64,000 nt of DNA from a virus (Duplodnaviria; Caudoviricetes). The DNA lies in the IMG/VR virus record IMGVR_UViG_3300025030_000876, positions 676-64,675 of that record. One strand, given 5' to 3'. The translations under genes and the position numbers were made by a program. Positions 21,184-28,845 of this stretch are shown here, in pieces (position 1 is the stretch's first letter; each line of letters starts with the position of its first letter). The notes under the pieces are model-generated. The model made no database searches and was not told where the DNA came from. It saw nothing but the letters and a program-made list of their open reading frames with translations.

Positions 21184-22043
21184 ACCTCTCTAAAGATGAC
21201 GTTCTTGAGTTGATAATTCTCTACTTGTAACTCCAACCAACCTATCTTCGCTGGGCCGTACATGTGAATTTCGCTGTAAACTGGTTTCTTCGTCCCTGGG
21301 TCTGCGTAGGTCTTTTGAAAACTAGCAGTTGAGCAATACCACCTAGCCTCGGCTGGAATGTAAGTAGCCGCTTGATTAGTATGCATTCGTTTAACTTGCT
21401 TGAGTTTAGTCCCGTTATCCGTAAGCACAACATCATTCTCTATCGTCGGCTTAGTGATTATCGCATGATGAATATGACTCATCCCGTTGTAGATACAATC
21501 ACTTGGGGCACAACCAAGCAGCCGCTGTTTTAACCAAGCCTTTTGATTAGCTTCCCTTTGTATCGGGTCTTTTGCACCCCTAGGCAACTGCCCACTCCCA
21601 TGATGAAAGAAAAACTTGAGCCGAACCTTTCCTTTCTCATCCTTGATAATCAGTTTATATGCAAGGCACCCATAAGGCACCCCAAGTCTTTCAGCAATCT
21701 CAGCGCCAAAATCCGCTGTATTTAGTAACCTATACTCGTGATTCCCAAACCCCCAAGCCCAAATCTTATCTTTAATCGTCTCAAACAACTCAACTATTGC
21801 CTTCACTTGTTTCTGCGGAGTCCCTATCTCCTTATCCGTTATTTCTGATTTGTAGAACTTATTATCAGGTAAAGTACAATCAATAGAATCCCCAGTATTA
21901 ACAAGGAAATAGTCTTCATCCTTCCTCACAGTTTCAACCATCTCTTTGATTGCGTGCTTCTTGCAATTAATACTTCCCAGATGCAAATCTGCAACATGCG
22001 CTAGTTTGAACGTAGATGGTGCTGTTACAGTTATTAACTCCAT
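21180..22043 (-). CDS. Calcineurin-like metallophosphoesterase
   Basis: DLHLG, GDSID, GNHE, HHG and SHIH motifs. Confidence 0.85.
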   Translation of the reverse strand: MELITVTAPSTFKLAHVADLHLGSINCKKHAIKEMVETVRKDEDYFLVNTGDSIDCTLPDNKFYKSEITDKEIGTPQKQVKAIVELFETIKDKIWAWGFGNHEYRLLNTADFGAEIAERLGVPYGCLAYKLIIKDEKGKVRLKFFFHHGSGQLPRGAKDPIQREANQKAWLKQRLLGCAPSDCIYNGMSHIHHAIITKPTIENDVVLTDNGTKLKQVKRMHTNQAATYIPAEARWYCSTASFQKTYADPGTKKPVYSEIHMYGPAKIGWLELQVENYQLKNVIFREV

Positions 22044-22324
22044 CCTTTATTCTCCCATTTGTAAGCTGTGCAAAGCTTGCAATTCTTGCCCTCGGTATTT
22101 ATTAATGGCCGCCCACAAGTATAACAACGATTTTGTTCTTCGAGTCTCTTTTGCTTGTACTTTTTAACCGATTGACTATGCTTTAATTTGTGTATTGGAC
22201 AAAGCCCACCCGGAGTTGACACAGGTTCCATGCATTCCAAACATAACCCAAGCGCTATTTTCTTTGCGCGTTTATTACTCGCATCCTTTCTCCACCTTGC
22301 TCTTTGTTCCTCTTTATCTATCAT
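22034..22324 (-). CDS. Double zinc-finger basic protein
   Basis: CLEC..CPIH and CYTC..CKLC. Confidence 0.6.
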   Translation of the reverse strand: MIDKEEQRARWRKDASNKRAKKIALGLCLECMEPVSTPGGLCPIHKLKHSQSVKKYKQKRLEEQNRCYTCGRPLINTEGKNCKLCTAYKWENKGWS

Positions 22325-22737
22325 TTCATCCTAACCATTGCCGCTTGATTAATCCAAAGCACAACTTTCCTAACCGCAACTTTCTCATCAAGAGGACTAA
22401 CAACACCTTCAGCCCCAAGAGTTTCAACAGCCATATCCTTAACAAGCAGCACAAGCTCCTTAATAGCGATCTCGCTCTGCGGAGTCATGCCCTCAAAACT
22501 AATATTCTCAATCACGAACTTATCAATCCCGGCAACCGTGATAATCTCACTCTTATCAATGGTATGCAATGCAGTTAAACTAATAGCATAAACCACAGGA
22601 ATCAACTCAGGATTGTTGTCCAACACCAATCCAGCAGCAACTCTTGAAGACGCCGCAATAACAGGTTCGTATTTAGTAACTTTAGCACAGCCACTAGCCA
22701 AGGCCAACATCATCGCTACAACCAGAATCTTTTTCAT
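22321..22737 (-). CDS. Lipoprotein (spanin-like candidate)
   Basis: Lipobox MKKILVVAMMLALASG/C; lysis cluster. Confidence 0.6.
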   Translation of the reverse strand: MKKILVVAMMLALASGCAKVTKYEPVIAASSRVAAGLVLDNNPELIPVVYAISLTALHTIDKSEIITVAGIDKFVIENISFEGMTPQSEIAIKELVLLVKDMAVETLGAEGVVSPLDEKVAVRKVVLWINQAAMVRMK

Positions 22738-22746
22738 TTTGTTCTC

Positions 22747-22989
22747 CTATTTAATTGTTAACTTCCTATTCGGGTGTTTCGCTTGATGACATTCAAAACA
22801 AAGAGCGACTAAATCACTCAGTCGCTCATGTCTAAATCTTTCATAAGTTTTATGATGCACATGAATGGCAGTCCTGCAAAAGCACTCTTCGCAGAGACTC
22901 TTACACCGTTTCATGACAGCTTCTCTCTTCTGCTGCCATGTTTTGGTTTTGTAGTACGCCGAGAAAGACCTGCTGAATCTCTTAGACAT
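22747..22989 (-). CDS. Small HNH endonuclease (terminase-associated type)
   Basis: CEEC...HVHH...LCFECH; start placed at MSKRF. Confidence 0.7.
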   Translation of the reverse strand: MSKRFSRSFSAYYKTKTWQQKREAVMKRCKSLCEECFCRTAIHVHHKTYERFRHERLSDLVALCFECHQAKHPNRKLTIK

Positions 22990-23440
22990 ACTCACCCAGA
23001 TCGTTGTCTCTGCACCAGTTAGTAACATCAAACGACGGGCAAGCTTTTGCAACTTTAGGAAGCTGATAATGGCCTTTGATTTGCTTTATATTAGGGTATC
23101 TGCTAGTAAGTTCCAAGCACAACCACCTGAGCATTTTGAACTGTGCTTGAGTGAAGTTGTTCTCTGCTTGGCCCTTGGAACCTTTCCCACCAACAAGACA
23201 AATCCCAATGCCAGTAGCATTGAAATCCGCTGCGTGTGCTCCGGTTTCTTCTACTACATCACCATCCTTGTCTAAGTCTCGTCCAAGTTCCAATTTCCCG
23301 TCCCGCCGAATAACATAGGCGTAGCCAATATCTTTCCAACCTCTTTCTTTTATATGCCACCAACGGATCTCATCAACTCCAATATCCTGAGTTGCTTTAG
23401 TATCCGCACAGTGGATTACTATAAGAGTTTTAGTTGCCAT
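22982..23440 (-). CDS. Endolysin, N-acetylmuramoyl-L-alanine amidase (T7 lysozyme type)
   Basis: VIHCADT, GWKDIGY, GAHA, GICLVGG, GH...KACPSFD. Confidence 0.92.
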   Translation of the reverse strand: MATKTLIVIHCADTKATQDIGVDEIRWWHIKERGWKDIGYAYVIRRDGKLELGRDLDKDGDVVEETGAHAADFNATGIGICLVGGKGSKGQAENNFTQAQFKMLRWLCLELTSRYPNIKQIKGHYQLPKVAKACPSFDVTNWCRDNDLGEYV

Positions 23441-23442
23441 CC

Positions 23443-23667
23443 TTAATCTCCCTTTTTAACCCTCCCCTTAAACCACAAAGGAGGAAACCATTTATTCGGC
23501 TTGTGACTATCATCTGGCACAAACGACTCCATTTTATCACACTTGCCACAAGACTTAGGCAACCACAAGAAATGCGGAAAAGGAATCTTAAGTATCCTAG
23601 TCCTTCGCATCGCTATATATCCACCATCTTTTAGATATCTTTTAACCGCGTATATAACACACCGCAT
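23443..23667 (-). CDS. Hypothetical protein
   Basis: 74 aa ORF with RBS in the late operon. Confidence 0.5.
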   Translation of the reverse strand: MRCVIYAVKRYLKDGGYIAMRRTRILKIPFPHFLWLPKSCGKCDKMESFVPDDSHKPNKWFPPLWFKGRVKKGD

Positions 23668-23677
23668 GATATCCTCT

Positions 23678-24301
23678 CTAGTGTCTCAATCGTACACCCT
23701 CTAATTGCTCTTCTTCCTCATACTCCGCTTCAACCGCTTTCGGCGCTTCTATCTGAGGAACTTCAACCGCGTCAATAGTCTTAGTTGCCTGTGCCGCCAA
23801 CCATTGCCCGAAGCTTACTTTGACTTCTGAGTTAACATTCGACGTTCCATTATTCATCAAGTTCGTCGATAGCAGTACATCCTTCGACGCCTTGTAATCC
23901 CCTTTATCAACTGCCTCTTTAACATTCTCCGCAGCCTTTACAACGGTGCTCATCAATATCTCTTTCGCCCTACCCACAGTATCCTTAAGAGTCTCTTCCA
24001 TCCTAGCTTGAATCTTGGGATTCTTAAGTACTTTCCCGTAATACCCAGCACTCGTAGGCTTACACCCAGTAACCGTACTACTAGCCTCCCTAACGGTCAA
24101 CCCAACAGAGTGCAAGTCCGCGATCAGCTTATGCCTCATTGTAACATCACTATTCGGCCGCATCATATACACCTTCCCCACTCCCTTTACGGTTGCAGTT
24201 CGGGTAACGGAGTTGTACTCAGCAAGATGCTCACCGTAGACTGCTTTGGCGAATTCATCTGCTGGGTCTCTTGGTCTTCCTCTACCTTTACGTCGGGACA
24301 T
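23678..24301 (-). CDS. Putative terminase small subunit
   Basis: Basic N-terminus with GRGRPR AT-hook, HTH-like segment ending LKNPKI, helical oligomerisation region; head of the packaging operon. Confidence 0.55.
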   Translation of the reverse strand: MSRRKGRGRPRDPADEFAKAVYGEHLAEYNSVTRTATVKGVGKVYMMRPNSDVTMRHKLIADLHSVGLTVREASSTVTGCKPTSAGYYGKVLKNPKIQARMEETLKDTVGRAKEILMSTVVKAAENVKEAVDKGDYKASKDVLLSTNLMNNGTSNVNSEVKVSFGQWLAAQATKTIDAVEVPQIEAPKAVEAEYEEEEQLEGVRLRH

Positions 24302-24325
24302 AACACCTTCACCTTTTCTCTATAA

Positions 24326-24616
24326 TCAACTTTCATCACACTCACTCACAGGACAGATTGTGTATTTCAACTCATATTCTTCTGAGATAACTCCTGTTAC
24401 TATAAACGCCGGGTCAATATCTAATTGCATCAAATCTGCAAAGAACGCTTCAAGGAACATCAATGTATGCAGCAGCCACATCAGCCAACTTAGCTTAGTC
24501 ATCACCCAAAGTTCTTCTTGCTCATCCCATCTGTAGTACACCGGAAGCTTGTAGTAACTGCCGCTATGCGTATATTCATTAAACACCGCTTCCGCTGGGC
24601 TTATATAACCGAGCAT
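24326..24616 (-). CDS. Hypothetical protein, first gene of the late operon
   Basis: 96 aa with GGAG RBS. Confidence 0.55.
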   Translation of the reverse strand: MLGYISPAEAVFNEYTHSGSYYKLPVYYRWDEQEELWVMTKLSWLMWLLHTLMFLEAFFADLMQLDIDPAFIVTGVISEEYELKYTICPVSECDES

Positions 24617-24646
24617 TTTAATCTCCGCCGTAAGATGTTATATGCT

Positions 24647-24675
24647 ATCTTAACCCTGGACCTCTTTATTATCAA
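24647..24675 (-). promoter_or_regulatory. Leftward promoter TTGATA-N17-TAAGAT (packaging/structural operon)
   Basis: -35 at 24670-24675, -10 at 24647-24652, 17-bp spacer. Confidence 0.55.
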
Positions 24676-25024
24676 GTGCATTTGTTTACAAAGTGTTGAT
24701 TTGTTGGGTAAGTATGTAAGTGTTCACTTAACCGGAACAGGTCTGCCCTATAAAATCCAGGTAACGACTTGAGCGAGTTAGTGCAAATCTCCCTTGGAAC
24801 CTTCTTTTACTCCTGGTAGTTTCTGCTAATTCATTACTTAGTAAGTGTGGATTTTGGAAAGAGCATTGCGTGTATCGGTTACGCCGCATCCAGGTCCGAC
24901 CTCCTACAATATTGGAACCTTATATGGTAGAGATTAGAACATAAGAGGGATAACATATATGATGTGGAGTTGTACCATGGGGCAAATTATTTTCACTGGC
25001 AGAGAAAAAAGTATTGAAAATAAC

Positions 25025-25053
25025 TGGACAAAGTACTTGACAAGGTATAAAAT
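25025..25053 (+). promoter_or_regulatory. Rightward early promoter TGGACA-N17-TAAAAT
   Basis: A-rich UP-like region upstream, 17-bp spacer, precedes the first early gene. Confidence 0.55.
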
Positions 25054-25094
25054 TAAATCAAAAACAGCAGAGTAAGACAACCTGGGAGGCTGAC

Positions 25095-25277
25095 ATGGGA
25101 ATCAGACAAGAAACGGAAAAGCGGATGCACAGTGTTTATATCCTACGGGTCAAGGGGTATCCTAAAGCTACGATAGTTGTTAGCAATGAAGATTATGATG
25201 AAGGTATGGATATGTTAATTGCAAGGTATCCGGGGAAGGATATCACAAGCGAATTTAGCATCCTGAGGACGTTTTAA
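25095..25277 (+). CDS. Early hypothetical protein
   Basis: GGGAGG RBS, 60 aa. Confidence 0.6.
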   Translation: MGIRQETEKRMHSVYILRVKGYPKATIVVSNEDYDEGMDMLIARYPGKDITSEFSILRTF

Positions 25278-25335
25278 CCGCTGTTAGACTCCCTTGTAAA
25301 GGGGAGTTTATAGAACGGTTACAACAGGAGGATAT

Positions 25336-25503
25336 ATGGACGCATATGAAGCACACCAAGCCGGTATATTGGAAGCTAAAAAGACTATCAAAAACACATT
25401 TAAGTCTGATTTGATAGACCTTGCTAATGTAAGGCCAGACAGTGACCCGCGGATTATGTATGCATTCTTGAAAAGACTTGAATTGAAACTAAACAAGATT
25501 TAA
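25336..25503 (+). CDS. Early hypothetical protein (55 aa, MDAYEAHQ...)
   Basis: AGGAGG RBS; below the ORF-track cutoff. Confidence 0.6.
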   Translation: MDAYEAHQAGILEAKKTIKNTFKSDLIDLANVRPDSDPRIMYAFLKRLELKLNKI

Positions 25504-25559
25504 CCGGGCAATTAAGCCCACAACAGGCCAATAAAGGCCATATCAAGGGAGGTAGCAAA

Positions 25560-26066
25560 ATGAAACAGATCATTGTGAAACGGGAGATCAACGAGGTAGA
25601 ACACCAAGCGGCGGTTAATGGCACGCCGGAAAACTGGCAGGAGCTGGTTGCACTCGTTGAAAGCAGTGAGGACTATCAGCAACCTGCGTTCACCCTTTTC
25701 CTCTCTGCGTTTGAGGCAAAGGTGAAGGGACAGATTTTCGAAAACAGTAAGGACGGCATTGAAACTGATACCGTGGAGTTTGAGGATACGCTGGCAGGTA
25801 TCACCGAAGGACGCGCCACGATGAAAGCGCGTCAAGAGCGGCTGGAGGTTTTCAGGACGGAAGCCGTTGCACAGCTTGCGGAACTGGCGGGAGACATTGA
25901 CAACATCATGAACAATGCTACGTTGATGGGGGAACTTTCGGCCAAGGTTAAAGCCCTGACCGTGCAGATTGCCGACCTGGCGAAGGCCCGCGAGGAAAGA
26001 GGGGAGAAAATGGCGGAGACTCGCAAAACGAAAGCCGCTGCAAAGGACAAGTACAATAAAAAGTAA
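25560..26066 (+). CDS. Early helical protein with acidic N-half and basic tail
   Basis: GGGAGGT RBS, 168 aa, GC-richer codons. Confidence 0.75.
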   Translation: MKQIIVKREINEVEHQAAVNGTPENWQELVALVESSEDYQQPAFTLFLSAFEAKVKGQIFENSKDGIETDTVEFEDTLAGITEGRATMKARQERLEVFRTEAVAQLAELAGDIDNIMNNATLMGELSAKVKALTVQIADLAKAREERGEKMAETRKTKAAAKDKYNKK

Positions 26067-26142
26067 TTTGACCGCTGTTAGGGTAGCAGGTTACGGCCTG
26101 CTACCTTATAGAACGGCCAAACAACTAACAGGAGGCTACAAC

Positions 26143-26262
26143 ATGAAAACGGCTATATTCGGAACACTGGGGTTTTTGTTGTTCACGGCGTATATGATCG
26201 GCCTGGAGCTGGCAGCAAGGTTACAGGCGCAATATTTACTATTGGATGCGCTCACAAAGTAA
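26143..26262 (+). CDS. Small membrane peptide (39 aa)
   Basis: AGGAGG RBS, one TM segment. Confidence 0.5.
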   Translation: MKTAIFGTLGFLLFTAYMIGLELAARLQAQYLLLDALTK

Positions 26263-26280
26263 AACCTACCTTGCAAGGCA

Positions 26281-26312
26281 AAAATCCCCTAGGTTAATTC
26301 CTAGGGGATTTT
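26281..26312 (+). terminator. Intrinsic terminator
   Basis: AAAATCCCCTAGG-ttaatt-CCTAGGGGATTTT. Confidence 0.75.
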
Positions 26313-26706
26313 GGCGTTTTAAGGGAGGAAAACAAGGGAAATTAGTAATGGTAAGTAAGCGGCTGGAAAGGGCCATAGAGGGCCTTAAAATCCCTCCGGG
26401 AATAGCAGAAGCCACAAACGGATTTTAAACCCAACCGGAGCCACGCCAGACGCCAGAAACACGGGTTTTAGCGCGTAGGGATTTTCCACCGGGAGCAAGG
26501 GCAAAGTAAGTGAAGATTTACTTAGCCGGAACATATCTACCCTATGGAGGAAGTCATGGGAATCAACGGCAGTGAGTATTGGAGAATAAGCTACTATCGC
26601 CAGATAGCAAAACAACTGATGTTTGGGGTTATTGAGATTGCAGGGTATGGCGGTCTTTTGTTGATTGCGGCAAAGATGTTTAACACCTAACAATGGAGGA
26701 AAGAAA

Positions 26707-26886
26707 ATGGAATCAACATTCGCAGCTATTGAAGAAATCAAAGAAAAGTATACCAACGGGCTTATTAGTAAATCAGAGTGTATTAATACTCTGATCGATT
26801 TACTCTTGTCAGATCGAGAGTCTATTAAATACGACCTGGAGAAAGAAGCAGCTAGACTCTCTGAGGAAATCAAAATGCTTTCGTAA
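26707..26886 (+). CDS. Hypothetical protein
   Basis: GGAGG RBS, MESTFAAIEE... Confidence 0.55.
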   Translation: MESTFAAIEEIKEKYTNGLISKSECINTLIDLLLSDRESIKYDLEKEAARLSEEIKMLS

Positions 26887-27001
26887 TCCCTCCTCACAGG
26901 GTACAAGGGATTCTTTCTTTTGTACCTTGTCGGGAGAAGATTACATTTAACCCCTGTCGGGTGTTAGTTTCATCTATTGCCGGGAGAGGGATTAAGTAAA
27001 T

Positions 27002-27161
27002 TAAGTGAATCCATGTAAGTCCACAATTCGAGATAGCTTTCTAAAAGTAAGTGTTTTGTAAGTAAGTAAGTATAAAAAAAAAAATTAAGTGAATACTTAC
27101 TTACTCAAAACCAAACCTTTAGAAAGCCAGTTCAAAATGTGGACTTAGTTGGGCTCACTTA
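27002..27161. repeat. Long imperfect palindrome centred on an A11 tract
   Basis: Arms TAAGTGA, TAAGTCCACA, GCTTTCTAAA and AGTAAGTAAGTA mirrored about ~27082. Confidence 0.9.
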
Positions 27162-27190
27162 CTTAGCAAAACTAACGAAAGGAGTTAAAA

Positions 27191-27665
27191 GTGCGGGTTA
27201 AAATGATAGTAAGAAACAAAACGGGTGATAGGTTGGCGGAAAAGGAAGTTCAGGCGTATATGCCGGAAAATTATGGAGCAAAAGTAAAAGGTATTAGGGA
27301 GATTTTAGAGGTGTTGGTGGCGGTGAAGGAATTAGGTGGGATAGTTGAGTTGAGATTAATGGAGGATTGGGAAGATGCAGAGAATAGAGGTTAAACAAAC
27401 AGCAGGTAAGACAAAAAGAGAAGAACAAGAGGAGGTTATAGGGAGTAGGTGGTTTGAAACAATAGGGGAGGTTGCAGAATTTCTAATTAGCAAGAACTCT
27501 TGCTTCTGTCGGGAGAGTAGAACGAATAATGCGATTTTTACAAGTAGCAATAGCAGGAAAAGGTTTGAGGTTATAGATACACCGGGCAGGTTGATTAGTG
27601 CGGCGATTAAGGCTAGGAAAACGCAGACTGGGAGGAAGATAGAGGAGTTTATTGATAGAGGTTAA
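27191..27665 (+). CDS. Two small hypothetical proteins (27191..27394, 27375..27665)
   Basis: RBS-led ORFs; very G/A-rich sequence. Confidence 0.55.
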
Positions 27666-27740
27666 CGCTTGCTGGGGATAATAAGTTTAGGCTTGTTGTC
27701 TCTGTCGGGGAGTTAAACCAATAACAAAGGAGAATAAATC

Positions 27741-27998
27741 ATGACACCTTCAGAATTAAAAGCAAAAGTGGAAGCAACAAACACAGATAGTTATTTCTTT
27801 ACACGTAAAACCATGAAGTTCTTTGGGGATACAATGAAGAACTACGGGGTAAAAGAAGCAATTATCAACACCTACTCCGAAGACAACGTAGAAGTATGGG
27901 AGTTGTATAGAAAGAAACCTGTTAAACACGGGTTAATTTCTAGTGCTTATTTTCGCAAAGAAGATTTCTCACAAGCATTTGCAAAAAGAGAATACTAG
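27741..27998 (+). CDS. Conserved phage early protein (FFTRKTMKFFGDT motif)
   Basis: AAGGAG RBS; motif recurrent in phage small proteins. Confidence 0.65.
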   Translation: MTPSELKAKVEATNTDSYFFTRKTMKFFGDTMKNYGVKEAIINTYSEDNVEVWELYRKKPVKHGLISSAYFRKEDFSQAFAKREY

Positions 27999-28006
27999 GA
28001 GGTTAT

Positions 28007-28750
28007 ATGTATCTACAAATAACAACCAGATGTAATATGAAATGCCCACATTGTTGTTACTCCTGCAGACCGGGAGCAGGTAAACACATGGAGTATGCAA
28101 TAGCAATTGATGCAATTAATTTTGCATTAGATCACACAGAATGTATTACTATTGGAGGTGGCGAACCAACACTCCATCCAAAATTCTTTGATATCTTAAG
28201 AACATGCCTGGATTCTTTTGATTATGTATGGATGGCAACTAACGGCAGTAACATAAAAGCAATGAGAAGACTAGCAAATATCATAGACGGAAATGATTAC
28301 GAGTCCTTTGATATTGAAAATTATTGCACATGTAGTAAACAAGTAGAACGGGAAAACTGTGATTGTTATCCAGAGGATACAATCCACCAAGAGGATAAAT
28401 TATCTGTCGCGCTCTCACAAGACTGGGCACATGATGATATTGACCAATGGGTAGTAGATTACTGGACTCGTAGAAGCAAACACCAGTATTCTCATTTTGA
28501 AATTCGCAATGTATTTGCGTCATCCGCTGGAGCAACATCTCAAGGCAGAGCAAAGAAAACAGGGAGTGGTACTGGAGATCATTGCCCATGTGATAGTATT
28601 ATCATAAAACCTTCTGGTAAACTTAAGCTTTGTGGTTGTACTAACTCACCAACTATCGGGGATATCTGGCAAGGGATACTTCCTAAGTGGCAGAAGTTTA
28701 TGGAGTTGGATAGATACAGGGATTGTGAATGCTGGAATAAAAGCAAGTAG
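28007..28750 (+). CDS. Radical SAM protein with C-terminal Cys cluster
   Basis: CNMKCPHC, GGGEPTLHP, ATNG; SPASM/twitch-like CPC...GKLKLCGC...CEC. Confidence 0.9.
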   Translation: MYLQITTRCNMKCPHCCYSCRPGAGKHMEYAIAIDAINFALDHTECITIGGGEPTLHPKFFDILRTCLDSFDYVWMATNGSNIKAMRRLANIIDGNDYESFDIENYCTCSKQVERENCDCYPEDTIHQEDKLSVALSQDWAHDDIDQWVVDYWTRRSKHQYSHFEIRNVFASSAGATSQGRAKKTGSGTGDHCPCDSIIIKPSGKLKLCGCTNSPTIGDIWQGILPKWQKFMELDRYRDCECWNKSK

Positions 28751-28845
28751 GTTTAACAACCCTTTCTTGAAGAGTAGAGCTTATGTTCTACTCTTCTGTC
28801 GGGAGGTTGTTACAACAGAAGTTAACCCTAGCAACAGGAGAAAGT

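Noticed and set aside
25275-26120. Hairpin or hammerhead ribozyme in the early hairpins
   Set aside because: AGAA is present but the opposite strand is not NGUC in register, and there is no loop B or CUGAnGA/GAAA core.
27074-27084. A11 tract as a phase-variation switch
   Set aside because: Non-coding and at the symmetry centre of the palindrome, not within a gene or clear promoter spacer; its length could also be a sequencing artefact.
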